From Actinomycetes bacterium (lineage in GTDB: Bacteria; Actinomycetota; Acidimicrobiia; Acidimicrobiales; Bog-793), in assembly GCA_021846125.1 (NCBI GenBank), contig JAJZCK010000003.1:1-38664 (forward strand): 38,664 nucleotides of DNA, given 5' to 3'. The notes below the pieces were generated by a model. The model was not told the DNA's origin and did not search any database. It worked only from the letters and a program-made list of their open reading frames with translations. A program made the position numbers and the translations under genes. This document shows, piece by piece, positions 26,922 to 36,059 of this stretch; the stretch's first letter is position 1, and each line of letters starts with the position of its first letter.

Positions 26922-27542
26922 ATGACATCCGATCCTCCAGGGACCTCCGCTTTCTCCGTCAACTTCGACTATCGCTGCCCCTTCGCACGCAACGCGAACG
27001 AGCATGTCGTCACCGCGCTCCGAGCGGGCGCGCCCTGGCAGGTCCACTTCGCTCCCTTCTCGCTCACCCAGGTCCATCTCGAAGAGGGGGAGCCTGCCGC
27101 GTGGGAGCAACCCGCCAAGCGGCCGGAGCTCGTCGCCGTCGCGGCCGGAGTCGCCGTGCGTGAACGCTTTCCCGACGCCTTCCTCGCTGTCCATCTCGAG
27201 CTGTTCCGCGCACGCCACGACGAGCACGGCGACCTGCGCGACGACGGGGTCGTTCGCGCCGCTCTCGCCCGGGGCGGCGTCGACCCCGACGCCGTCTACG
27301 CCGAGCTCGAGGATGGCTGGCCGTTCGCGACGCTCGCGAGCGAGCACGAGGAGGCTGTCGCGGAGCACGCTGTCTTCGGCGTCCCGACGTTCGTGACGGG
27401 CACGGAGGCGGCTTTCGTCCGCATCATGACTCGACCCGCTGGCGACGCGGATCTCGCACGGCGGACAATCGAGCGCGTCCTCGGCCTGCTCGGTGATGCA
27501 CCCGAGCTGAACGAGGTGAAGCACACTACGGTCCCGCGCTGA
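26922..27542 (+). CDS. DsbA/thioredoxin-fold protein (FDYRCPFA, single Cys; Rv2466c/FrnE-like)
   Basis: FDYRCPF near the N-terminus and the cis-Pro loop FGVPT. Confidence 0.8.
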   Translation: MTSDPPGTSAFSVNFDYRCPFARNANEHVVTALRAGAPWQVHFAPFSLTQVHLEEGEPAAWEQPAKRPELVAVAAGVAVRERFPDAFLAVHLELFRARHDEHGDLRDDGVVRAALARGGVDPDAVYAELEDGWPFATLASEHEEAVAEHAVFGVPTFVTGTEAAFVRIMTRPAGDADLARRTIERVLGLLGDAPELNEVKHTTVPR

Positions 27543-27561
27543 CTGCGGGACCGTAGTGCCG

Positions 27562-28605
27562 TCAGCTGTCGAGAGAGATCGGCTCGTCGTCCCGCGTCCC
27601 CGAGCCGAGAGCCACCTCCACCGGAACCGCAGCACCTGCCTGGCGGATTCGCTCGTCGAGCTCGACCACGAGCTCGGGGCTGTCCCGCAAGAACTGCTTC
27701 GCGTTCTCACGCCCCTGGCCGAGCTGCTCGCCTTCGTAGGTGTACCAGGCTCCCGACTTCTTCACGATCGCGAGGTCGACCGCGACGTCGAGGATCGAGC
27801 CCTCGCGACTGATCCCCTTGCCGTACATGATGTCGAACTCCGCCGTGCGGAACGGCGGGGCACACTTGTTCTTCACAACCTTCACCCGTGTCCGGTTGCC
27901 GACCATCTCGGAGCCGTCCTTGATCGACTCGACCCTACGGATGTCGAGGCGCACGGACGAGTAGAACTTGAGCGCACGGCCGCCAGGAGTGACCTCCGGA
28001 GAGCCGTAGATGACACCGATCTTCTCCCGCAGCTGATTGATGAAGAGTGCGATCGTCTTCGACTTGCTCAGCGTACCGGTGATCTTGCGCAGAGCCTGCG
28101 ACATAAGGCGGGCCTGGAGCCCGACGTGGCTATCGCCCATGTCGCCTTCGATCTCGGCGCGCGGCGTCAGCGCAGCGACGGAGTCGATGACGATGACGTC
28201 GATCGCTCCCGAGCGGATCAGCATGTCGGCGATCTCGAGCGCCTGCTCACCGGTGTCGGGCTGGGAGATCAACAGCTCGTCGATGTCGACCCCGATCGCC
28301 GACGCATAGACGGGGTCCATCGCGTGCTCGGCGTCGATGTACGCCGCGACCCCGCCGTTGCGCTGGGCCTCCGCGACGACGTGCAGTGCGAGCGTCGACT
28401 TTCCCGACGACTCGGGTCCGTAGAGCTCGACGATCCGACCGCGGGGAAGGCCACCGACGCCGAGAGCGAGATCGAGCGACATCGCACCCGTGGAGATCGC
28501 CTCGATCCCCATCGTGAGGCTCTCCCCCATCCGCATGACAGAGCCCTTGCCGAACTGCTTCTCGATCTGGCCGAGCGCCGCCTCGAGTGCCTTGTCCCGC
28601 TCCAT
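27562..28605 (-). CDS. recA: Recombinase A
   Basis: [62 protein letters not shown]. Confidence 0.99.
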   Translation of the reverse strand: MERDKALEAALGQIEKQFGKGSVMRMGESLTMGIEAISTGAMSLDLALGVGGLPRGRIVELYGPESSGKSTLALHVVAEAQRNGGVAAYIDAEHAMDPVYASAIGVDIDELLISQPDTGEQALEIADMLIRSGAIDVIVIDSVAALTPRAEIEGDMGDSHVGLQARLMSQALRKITGTLSKSKTIALFINQLREKIGVIYGSPEVTPGGRALKFYSSVRLDIRRVESIKDGSEMVGNRTRVKVVKNKCAPPFRTAEFDIMYGKGISREGSILDVAVDLAIVKKSGAWYTYEGEQLGQGRENAKQFLRDSPELVVELDERIRQAGAAVPVEVALGSGTRDDEPISLDS

Positions 28606-28764
28606 GTCTCTCCCTCTCCTCGCGGACCGGGCCGCTCCGGCGGCTCCGTGGCCGATCTCCACCTTGACGAGCGCACCCTACGAGGGTGCTGTATCAGCCG
28701 GTTCCCGTCACCGTCGGCCCGGGTGCCCGTCGGCCGGCCCGGCCGACTTGCACGACTGTAGTTC

Positions 28765-28778
28765 CGAACGTGTGTTCG
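28765..28778. promoter_or_regulatory. LexA SOS box CGAAC-GTGT-GTTCG upstream of recA
   Basis: Matches the Gram-positive/actinobacterial GAAC-N4-GTTC consensus; a TACAGT -10 candidate (minus strand) lies at 28755-28760. Confidence 0.88.
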
Positions 28779-28850
28779 GTGGTGGATGGTAGCCGCACGC
28801 CGCGACGCGCGGCGCCGGCGCAAGCCGGGGTGGACCGGGCCCGGGCGGGC

Positions 28851-30098
28851 TCAGGTCTCGGCGAGGAGGCGGCGGCGGAGCTCGTCGAGGGTGGAGATGG
28901 TGCCGATCTGGCGGATCCGCTCGCGGGAGCCGGAGAGCCGGAGAGCCACCGCGTCCGGCGGCGATCCGGGTAGCGCTATGCCGGCGAAGCCGGTGCCCGG
29001 CGGCAGCCCTTCCTGCGCGTCGGGCCCGGCAACCCCCGTCGTCGCGACGCCGACGTCCGCACCGAGCAGGCGCCGGACGCCCTCGGCCATCGCGGCGGCT
29101 GCGTCCGGCGTGACGACCGGTCCCTCGGGGACGGCGAGGACGGCGTGCTTCACCTCGCTCGCATACGCGACGACGGCCCCACGGAACCACAAGCTCGCAC
29201 CCGGTAGGGCAACGATACGAGACGCGATGAGGCCGCCGGTGAACGACTCGGCGACGGCGAGCGTCCGGCCACGCGCGACGAGCAGCGCCCCGACGGCGTG
29301 CTCCATCGTCTCGTCGTCCACGCCAAACACCACCTCGCCGACGAGGGCACGGATCTCCGCCTCCTCGGCGTCGAGGGCGGACTCGGCTCTCGCCAGGCTC
29401 GGCGCCTTCACCGTCAACCGGAGCTTGATCCCCTCGATCCCGCTCGCGAGGAACGCGATCGTCGGTGCGCCCGGTCCGGCGGCGTCGAGCGCGTCGAGAC
29501 GGGGCGCGACGATCTCGGCAAGCCCCGACTCACTCGTCCCCCAGGTCCGCAGCGTCCTGCTGACGATGACCGCCTGCTCGCCGGCCCGGGAGAGAAGGTC
29601 CGGCAGCACTGCCCGCTCGACCATCTCCCGCAGCTCGTCGGGCACCCCGGGAAGCGCGTAGACGACCTTCTCCCCGACCGGGCAGACGAGCCCGGGCGCA
29701 GTCCCGATCCGCTGCTCGATCGGTACGGCACCGACAGGAAGGTCCGCCTGCTTCGCGTTGATCGCAGCCATCTGCCGACCGCGAGCGGCGAACACCGCCT
29801 CGACAGCTGCGAGCAGTCCGGGGTCACGCCGGATCGGGACGCCCATGACCGCGGCGATCGCCTCACGCGTGATGTCGTCCTGGGTCGGGCCCAGGCCACC
29901 GCAGACCACCACCGCATCCGATCGCCCGAGAGCGACCTGCAGCGCCTCGACGATGCGCTCCAGGTTGTCGCCCACCCGGGTCTGGAACAGGCAGTCGATC
30001 CCCGCGCTCGCCAGCTGCTCCGCGATCCAGGTCGAGTTCGTGTCGACGATCTGGCCGAGGAGCAGCTCGGTCCCGACGGCGACGATCTCCGCGCGCAC
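28851..30098 (-). CDS. cinA: Competence/damage-inducible protein CinA (MoCF domain plus PncC domain)
   Basis: VGTELLLGQIVDTNS, GGLGPTQDDIT, GTAPG, LPGVP, AESFTGG, TTGVAGP; directly upstream of recA. Confidence 0.95.
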   Translation of the reverse strand: MRAEIVAVGTELLLGQIVDTNSTWIAEQLASAGIDCLFQTRVGDNLERIVEALQVALGRSDAVVVCGGLGPTQDDITREAIAAVMGVPIRRDPGLLAAVEAVFAARGRQMAAINAKQADLPVGAVPIEQRIGTAPGLVCPVGEKVVYALPGVPDELREMVERAVLPDLLSRAGEQAVIVSRTLRTWGTSESGLAEIVAPRLDALDAAGPGAPTIAFLASGIEGIKLRLTVKAPSLARAESALDAEEAEIRALVGEVVFGVDDETMEHAVGALLVARGRTLAVAESFTGGLIASRIVALPGASLWFRGAVVAYASEVKHAVLAVPEGPVVTPDAAAAMAEGVRRLLGADVGVATTGVAGPDAQEGLPPGTGFAGIALPGSPPDAVALRLSGSRERIRQIGTISTLDELRRRLLAET

Positions 30099-30105
30099 GT
30101 CCCGC

Positions 30106-30705
30106 TCAGACGGTCCGCGCGCTGCCGACGCGCAGCATCCGGCGCCCGTCGAGGAGGTACTCCCCGCCCGTATAGATTGTCAGCGCGACCGCGCACCACA
30201 GAGCGACCGCCACTGCGCCGTCGTGGTGCACGCCGATCGGCGGGAACAGTGCCATCGCGATAGCCGTGTCCTGGACGAAGGTCTTCACCTTGGCGAGCGG
30301 GCGGGCGGGGACGGACACGCCACGTCGGCCGGCGTGGACCCGGAAGACCGTCATGGCGGCCTCACGGAGAAAGATGAGCACGACGGGCAGCCAGCCGACG
30401 ACACCGGACGCGGCGAGCGCGGCGAGCGCGGCGATCACGAGGAACTTGTCCGCCTGCGGGTCGAGGAACGCGCCGGAACGCGTCGAACCGTGCCGCCGGG
30501 CGAGGTGACCGTCGAGGCCGTCGGATCCGGCGAGGACGACCCAGAGCAGGAACAGCAGCCACGACGACGGACCGGTCGTCGCGACGAGCACCGCGAGCAC
30601 CGGCGACGCGAGGAGCCGGGCTATCGTCACCGCGTTCGCCGGAGTGGCGAGCGCGGTCGGCCCGAAGGCCTTGCGGGTCTCGGTCGACGAGCCGGCTTCG
30701 CTCAT
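30106..30705 (-). CDS. pgsA: CDP-alcohol phosphatidyltransferase (phosphatidylglycerophosphate synthase)
   Basis: PANAVTIAR and DGLDGHLARRHGSTRSGAFLDPQADK; rimO-pgsA-cinA gene order. Confidence 0.9.
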   Translation of the reverse strand: MSEAGSSTETRKAFGPTALATPANAVTIARLLASPVLAVLVATTGPSSWLLFLLWVVLAGSDGLDGHLARRHGSTRSGAFLDPQADKFLVIAALAALAASGVVGWLPVVLIFLREAAMTVFRVHAGRRGVSVPARPLAKVKTFVQDTAIAMALFPPIGVHHDGAVAVALWCAVALTIYTGGEYLLDGRRMLRVGSARTV

Positions 30706-32045
30706 CGAGCGGCGAGCGCAGTCCCGCGTCGAGGCATCTCCTCGGCGGCATCGCACGGCACGGCGACGAGGTCCGGCCCTTCCGCCGCGACGACCTCGAC
30801 CGCCACGATCGATCCTGGCCGTAGGGAAAGGGGCAGGCGGACCACCCCGTCGATCTCCGGTGCCTCACGGTGCGAGCGTCCCACGCCCGGGGCATCGACG
30901 AGCACCTCGACGACGCTCCCGACGAGACCGGCGCGCCTGCGGGCGGTGAGCGCGTCCTGGATCTCCGCGCACTCCCGCAGCCTCTCGAGCGCGAGCTCGG
31001 TCGGGACGACCTCCGGGAGCGACGCGGCGTAGGTGCCCGGCTCCTCGGAGAAAGTGAAGAAGCCGGCCCAGTCGAGCTCCGCCTCGGCGAGGAACGAGAG
31101 GAGCTGGTCGTGGTCCTCCTCGGTCTCACCCGGGTAGCCGAGGATGAAAGACGACCGCATCGCCGCGTCCGGTGCCTTCGCGCGGATCTGCTCGATCCGT
31201 CTCAGGAAATGGCTCGCGTCGCCGACACGCCGCATGCGTCGGAGCAGCGCGCCCGAGACGTGCTGGAGCGAGAGGTCGAAGTACGGCACATCCGTCGCAC
31301 AGATGGCGTCGACCAGCGCGTCGGTGAGCGACGACGGGTAGAGATAGAGCAGGCGCACCCGGTCGGCCCGCTCGGCGACCGCCTCGACGAGAGCGACGAT
31401 CCCGGCACCGTCGGACCGGGCGGCACGCGCCGATCGGTCGCGCCCGTAGGACGCCAGGTCCTGCGCCACGAGGACGACCTCGCGTACGCCGAGCTCGTCG
31501 ACCTCGTCGAGCACCGCCGCCAGCGGGCGCGAGCGCTGGGGCCCGCGGAAACCGGGGATCGCGCAGAAGCCGCATCGTCGGTCGCAACCCTCGGCGACCT
31601 TCACGTACGCCCACGGTGCCTCGGCTGGGCGACGCGGCATCTCGAGCAGGTCGAGAGGGGGGATCGCCTCGCCAGCTCGCGGCCGCCAGCGACGCTCCGC
31701 GCCGGGACCGGAGCCGAGCGCTATCTCGACGGGCACACCGACGTCCGCCACGACGTCCACCTCGGGTAGGGCAGCAGCGAGCTCCTCGCCTGCCCGGGCC
31801 GCGAGGCACCCGGTCACGACGAGACGCGCGCCGTCGCGCCGCCCTTCGGACAGGGCGAGGATGGTCTCGACGGACTCGGCGCGCGCAGGCTCGATGAACG
31901 CGCACGTGTTGACGACCACGACGTCCGCCATGCCCGGACCGGATGCGGCGACATAGCCGCCGGCGAGCAACGATCCTGCGAGCTTTTCAGAGTCGACCTG
32001 GTTCTTCGGGCAGCCGAGGGTCTCGATCCAGAATGTGCCCGCCAC
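30702..32045 (-). CDS. rimO: Ribosomal protein S12 methylthiotransferase
   Basis: TLGCPKNQVDSE, NTCAFI, radical-SAM CDRRCGFC, LYLYP, GYPGETE, APEIDG. Confidence 0.93.
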   Translation of the reverse strand: MAGTFWIETLGCPKNQVDSEKLAGSLLAGGYVAASGPGMADVVVVNTCAFIEPARAESVETILALSEGRRDGARLVVTGCLAARAGEELAAALPEVDVVADVGVPVEIALGSGPGAERRWRPRAGEAIPPLDLLEMPRRPAEAPWAYVKVAEGCDRRCGFCAIPGFRGPQRSRPLAAVLDEVDELGVREVVLVAQDLASYGRDRSARAARSDGAGIVALVEAVAERADRVRLLYLYPSSLTDALVDAICATDVPYFDLSLQHVSGALLRRMRRVGDASHFLRRIEQIRAKAPDAAMRSSFILGYPGETEEDHDQLLSFLAEAELDWAGFFTFSEEPGTYAASLPEVVPTELALERLRECAEIQDALTARRRAGLVGSVVEVLVDAPGVGRSHREAPEIDGVVRLPLSLRPGSIVAVEVVAAEGPDLVAVPCDAAEEMPRRGTALAAR

Positions 32046-32124
32046 TGCACCAGCCTAGCAACACCCGTCGCTGGGGCCCCTCGCGCTGCTCCACGAGCCG
32101 CGCTCGGGTGTCGGGGCCCACGCG

Positions 32125-32754
32125 TCACATCCGGTCGAGCAGCTCGGCCTTCTTGCGCGCGAACTCCCCCGCCGTGAGGATGCCCTGCCGGCAGAGCTCC
32201 GCGAGCTCGGCGATCTGTGCGGGGATCGTCGCGTCGGCAGGCACCCGCTCTGGCGGCCGCGGTGCACCCCGGGCGGTGTGTGCCGCGCTCGTTGCTCTGT
32301 TGACCGCGCTCTGGAACCGGTCCGGCCGTGGCACGTCGAGGAACGGCAACGCGCCGCGCTCACCCGCCGACTCGACGGTGACGCTACCGGCTCGCGCGAC
32401 TCGCTCGAGGATGCCTTGACGGAAGCTCACGTCTTGGACGCTCGTGATCGGCACCTCCCGTCCCGAGCGCCGCAGGACACCCGTGCGGTAGACGACACGG
32501 CTCGTCGTCACCGCGATCGACGTCGCCCGCCAGCGCGCGAGCGCCAGGCCGAGGCGTCCCCCCGCGAGGAGCACCAAGGCGAGCAGCGCCCAGCCGCACC
32601 AAGGTGGCGCTGTCGTCCACGCGACGACGACAGCGAGGGCAGCGGCGAGCACCGCGACGACGGCAGCGGCACGACCCACGAGCGCCGTCCAGCTCGGACG
32701 AGCGTCGTAGAGCACGTCCTCGCCTTCGCCGAGCATCCCTTCCGGCAGCGGCAC
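32125..32754 (-). CDS. Membrane protein with bacterial PH (bPH_2) domain and C-terminal SHOCT
   Basis: Two TM helices, VTTSRVVYRTGVL, VQDVSFRQGILER..GSVTVESAG, and C-terminal ELAELCRQGILTAGEFARKKAELL. Confidence 0.85.
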   Translation of the reverse strand: MPLPEGMLGEGEDVLYDARPSWTALVGRAAAVVAVLAAALAVVVAWTTAPPWCGWALLALVLLAGGRLGLALARWRATSIAVTTSRVVYRTGVLRRSGREVPITSVQDVSFRQGILERVARAGSVTVESAGERGALPFLDVPRPDRFQSAVNRATSAAHTARGAPRPPERVPADATIPAQIAELAELCRQGILTAGEFARKKAELLDRM

Positions 32755-32794
32755 GACTCCCCCCTGCTCCAGGCCCGCCTCGCGCCCCGGCGCG

Positions 32795-33937
32795 TCAGGC
32801 GAGCTTCGCGGCGATGCTCGAGGCGCCGCGAAGCACCGTGCCGTCTGCTCCCGCCGAGCCGAGGTGCGCCGCGGGACGGGCGACCGCCTCGGCGAGCAGA
32901 CCGGCGAGCAGCTCGGAGAATGTGACGGGCGGGTCGACGAACAGATAGCGGGCGAGCGATCCCGGCACGGTGTTCACCTCGTTGACGAAGAGCTGCTCGC
33001 CGTCGCTCAGGATGTCGACACGGGCGACACCGCGCAGACCCATCACGCGCGCGACAGACAAGGCAACCGCACGCAGCTGTGCCGCGACCCCGTCCGCGAG
33101 CACCGCTGGCAGCTCTCGCGGTGCGCTCGCCATGCCATCGCCACCCACGTACTTGTCGGCGTAGCCGAGGATCTCCGCCCCCGCCCGCGCACGAAGCGGT
33201 CGCTCGATGGCGGAGAGCTCGAGCTCGGGGAAGCTCCGGACCGCGATCTGCAGGTCGTAGAGATCCGGCCGGTACGGCTCGAGCACCGCTCCGCGACGCA
33301 GGTGGACGTTCGTGCCGAGACGCGCGATCGCGGTCGGGAAGTCGGCGACGACGTCGATGCCGATGGACGAGCCGCCGAAGCGCGGCTTGACGATGTACGG
33401 CCCTTCGAAGTCGGGCGGGGGCGTCGCCGGGTCGAGGAGGATCCGGTCTAGCGCGGGCAGGCCCGCTCCGTGCACGACCGCTCCAGATGCGAGCTTGTCC
33501 ATCCCGAGCGCGGCACCCGCCGCGTCCGGACCCGAGTACGCGATCCCAGCGAGGTCGAGGGCACCCTGGAGGGCACCATCCTCCCCCGGTCCGCCGTGGC
33601 AGCAGACGAGCGCAGCGTCGACGGCGAGCCGCTCCGCTCGCGGTCGCAGCCCGCCGTGGCGCTCGACGAAGCCGCCGTCGCTTCCGAGGACGAGCTCGAC
33701 GCGCCGCGAGCGAGCCGGTGGGCCGTCGGCGAACGCCGTCGCCTCGAGCGCTGCGTCGACTGCGAACCAGTCGCCCGCCTTCGTCCAGTAGAGAGGCCGC
33801 ACCTCGGATATGCCTTGCACGCCCACGAGACCGCGCACTGCCTGCAGGCCGGTGAGCACCGAGACATCGTGCTCGGGAGATGGCCCGCCGAACAGCACGG
33901 CGACTCGGGACGGGGCTGTGACGGCTCGTCGGCTCAT
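32795..33937 (-). CDS. ddl: D-alanine--D-alanine ligase family ATP-grasp protein
   Basis: LFGGPSPEHDVS, HGGPGEDGALQG, GMDK, VKPRFGGSSIG, YADKY, ARVD, NEVNTVPGS. Confidence 0.82.
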   Translation of the reverse strand: MSRRAVTAPSRVAVLFGGPSPEHDVSVLTGLQAVRGLVGVQGISEVRPLYWTKAGDWFAVDAALEATAFADGPPARSRRVELVLGSDGGFVERHGGLRPRAERLAVDAALVCCHGGPGEDGALQGALDLAGIAYSGPDAAGAALGMDKLASGAVVHGAGLPALDRILLDPATPPPDFEGPYIVKPRFGGSSIGIDVVADFPTAIARLGTNVHLRRGAVLEPYRPDLYDLQIAVRSFPELELSAIERPLRARAGAEILGYADKYVGGDGMASAPRELPAVLADGVAAQLRAVALSVARVMGLRGVARVDILSDGEQLFVNEVNTVPGSLARYLFVDPPVTFSELLAGLLAEAVARPAAHLGSAGADGTVLRGASSIAAKLA

Positions 33938-33990
33938 GGTGGCCTCATGCTACGCGGCGGCCGGCCCGACTTCGCGACTCGGGCGGGATC

Positions 33991-34045
33991 CTCACGGGCT
34001 CACGGGCTCACGGGCTCACGGGCTCACGGGCTCACGGGCTCACGG
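33991..34045. repeat. 8-bp tandem repeat CTCACGGG, about 6.9 copies, including the murF stop codon
   Basis: Read directly. Confidence 0.95.
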
Positions 34046-35605
34046 ATAGTGGTCCGGCAGGTCGTTCTCGTAGAGCACGGCGTCACCCGGGCCGCACTCG
34101 GCTCGCACGAAGGCGACCGCGGCCTCTCGCGTCGCACGACGGTGCAGCGTGACATCATGCCCCGCGGCGCGCGCTGCGACGATCCCACGTTCGAGCGCGG
34201 CCCTGTTCGTCCGCCCGACCACCACGACGTCGGTGGCGACGGAGCCTGCAGCTGCGGCGAACGCCGTGTTCTCCGACGCCTGCACCGATCCGAGCTCCAC
34301 CATCCCGGGCGTGACGACGACCCGGCGGCCACCGTCGCTTCCGGCGGCGGCGAGCGCCTTCAAGGCGAGTGCCGCGCCGGCGGGGTTGGCGTTGTACGTG
34401 TCGTCGAGCACGACGACACCGGACGCCGAGATCGTCGCGTCCAGGCGGTTCGCAGCCACCGGGAGGGAGCCGACGCGCTCGAGCGCGTTCTCTGGCTCCA
34501 CACCGAGCGCGAGCGCGACTGCGACGGCGCAGGCGACGTTCGACAGCGCAGGCACCGCCTCGCCGTGGATGCGCGTCGCTCCGACACGGGTGCCCGCCCT
34601 GTAGAGCACGAGACCGCCCTCACCGGCGAGCACTGCGACGTCCATCGCCGTGTCGACGGCGGAGCAGCGCACGACCGCGCGGCCCGCGTCCTCGAGACGG
34701 CGCGCGAGTCCGGCAAGGCGCTCGTCGTCGACGTTGAGAACGCTCACCTCGGCGCGATCGGTGATCTCGGACTTCGCCGCGAGTGTCGCGTCGAGGCTCT
34801 TGAACCGCTCGAGGTGGACGGGTCCGATCGCGGTGATCACCGCGATCCGGGGTGGGAGCCATGCGCATAGCGCAGCGATCTCGCCCGGACCGTAGGTCCC
34901 CATCTCCGCGACGAGCACGTCGGTCCCAGGCACGAGAAGCTCGTTCACCGTGCGCGCCAGGCCGGCACGATTGTTGAAGCTCCTCGGGCTCGCCACGACT
35001 GTCATGTGTGGTGAGAGCAGATGTGCGACGTAGCCCTTCGTCGTCGTCTTGCCGTACGAGCCGGTGATCGCCACGATGTCCGGTCCGATCCGCTCCACCC
35101 GGGCTGCGGCGGAGCGCACGAAGCGGGACGCCACACGCTCCTCGACCGGCGAGAGGGCCGCGAGGACTCCGTCGACGAGGACGGGAAGCAGCACTAGGCA
35201 GATCGCCGCTGCAGACGAGGACGCCCCGAGCCCTCCCGCTGCGGCGGACGTCCCGACGACGAGGCCGACGACGAGGACCAGGCCCGCGGCGACCGTGCGC
35301 AGGCGACGAGTCCATGCGAGCACGGAAGTGCGCCCGCGCATCCCGAGCCCGAGCGGTCCGGTCACGGCGACCGCAGCGGCGGCTAGGCCCGCGCCGGGCA
35401 GTGCTATTCCGGCGGCGGCTCCGGCGATGCCGACGAGCGCGAGCAGCACGTTTGCAGGTGACCCGGACCACCACCTCACGGCGAACCTGCTCGTCGAGCC
35501 TCTCAGGTAGTGCTCGCGCTGCGCGACCCGCAGCCAGCGCAGCCCGGCGGGGATCATGGCAGCAAGGCAGGCTCCGAGCACAGCGGAGGCGAGCGCAGCG
35601 CTCAC
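34040..35605 (-). CDS. murF: UDP-MurNAc-tripeptide--D-Ala-D-Ala ligase (MurF type) with N-terminal transmembrane region
   Basis: AITGSYGKTTTK, SFNN, AEMG, HLERF, AKSEI, DDTYNANP, TPGMVELG, YENDLPDHY; about 150 hydrophobic N-terminal residues. Confidence 0.82.
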   Translation of the reverse strand: MSAALASAVLGACLAAMIPAGLRWLRVAQREHYLRGSTSRFAVRWWSGSPANVLLALVGIAGAAAGIALPGAGLAAAAVAVTGPLGLGMRGRTSVLAWTRRLRTVAAGLVLVVGLVVGTSAAAGGLGASSSAAAICLVLLPVLVDGVLAALSPVEERVASRFVRSAAARVERIGPDIVAITGSYGKTTTKGYVAHLLSPHMTVVASPRSFNNRAGLARTVNELLVPGTDVLVAEMGTYGPGEIAALCAWLPPRIAVITAIGPVHLERFKSLDATLAAKSEITDRAEVSVLNVDDERLAGLARRLEDAGRAVVRCSAVDTAMDVAVLAGEGGLVLYRAGTRVGATRIHGEAVPALSNVACAVAVALALGVEPENALERVGSLPVAANRLDATISASGVVVLDDTYNANPAGAALALKALAAAGSDGGRRVVVTPGMVELGSVQASENTAFAAAAGSVATDVVVVGRTNRAALERGIVAARAAGHDVTLHRRATREAAVAFVRAECGPGDAVLYENDLPDHYP

Positions 35606-35988
35606 GGCCGCATGTCGACGATCAGCCCACGGAGAGCCTGCGGGGCCTCGGTGGGCACGAGGTGGCCGATACCCGCCAGGACCGTCGGAGCCGGCCATCC
35701 GAGCACGTCAGCGAGCTCCGTGGCGATCTCGACGGGCACGTCACGGTCGAGCTCGCCCCAAGGCAGCGCAACCGGGCAGGAGATGGTGCGGAGCACGGCT
35801 GCGTTCTCCTCGCCGACTGTCGCGACGAGAGCGATCGCGTCGAGCGGCGTGCCGTCGACTCCCGGGCCGCCGAGAGCTGCGGCAAAGTCCCGGTGAGTCC
35901 GCCCCCAGCCGCGGAGCGCGAGCACCCACGCAGCCTCCCTGCCGAAGCTCTCCCCGAAGAGCCGGCCCGACGCATAGGCCCGGAGCAC
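35602..35988 (-). pseudogene. Alpha/beta-hydrolase with an apparent in-frame internal deletion (no nucleophile elbow)
   Basis: The N-part VLALRGWGRTHRDF..LDAIAL joins directly to the C-part ..ISCPVALPWGELDRDVP..GIGHLVP. DLPGFG and GxSxG are missing and the ORF is only 128 aa. Confidence 0.7.
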
Positions 35989-36059
35989 GGCGCAGACCAT
36001 AACGCGATGGCATGCGCCCCGAGCGGACCGTCGCGCACCCGCGCGCTAGCTTGCCCGCA

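Noticed and set aside
27562-28605. Intein in recA
   Set aside because: The protein is 347 aa and continuous through all RecA motifs.
28673-28689. Hairpin GCACCCT-ACG-AGGGTGC in the recA leader; also looked for a PafBC/RecA-NDp promoter motif
   Set aside because: A 7-bp stem is unremarkable at this GC content, and no TGTCGG-N10-TANNNT match was seen.
33991-34045. Tandem repeats as possible CRISPR arrays (also 17980-18019 and 38617-38664)
   Set aside because: Units are 8-15 bp, directly adjacent with no spacers, and no cas genes are present.
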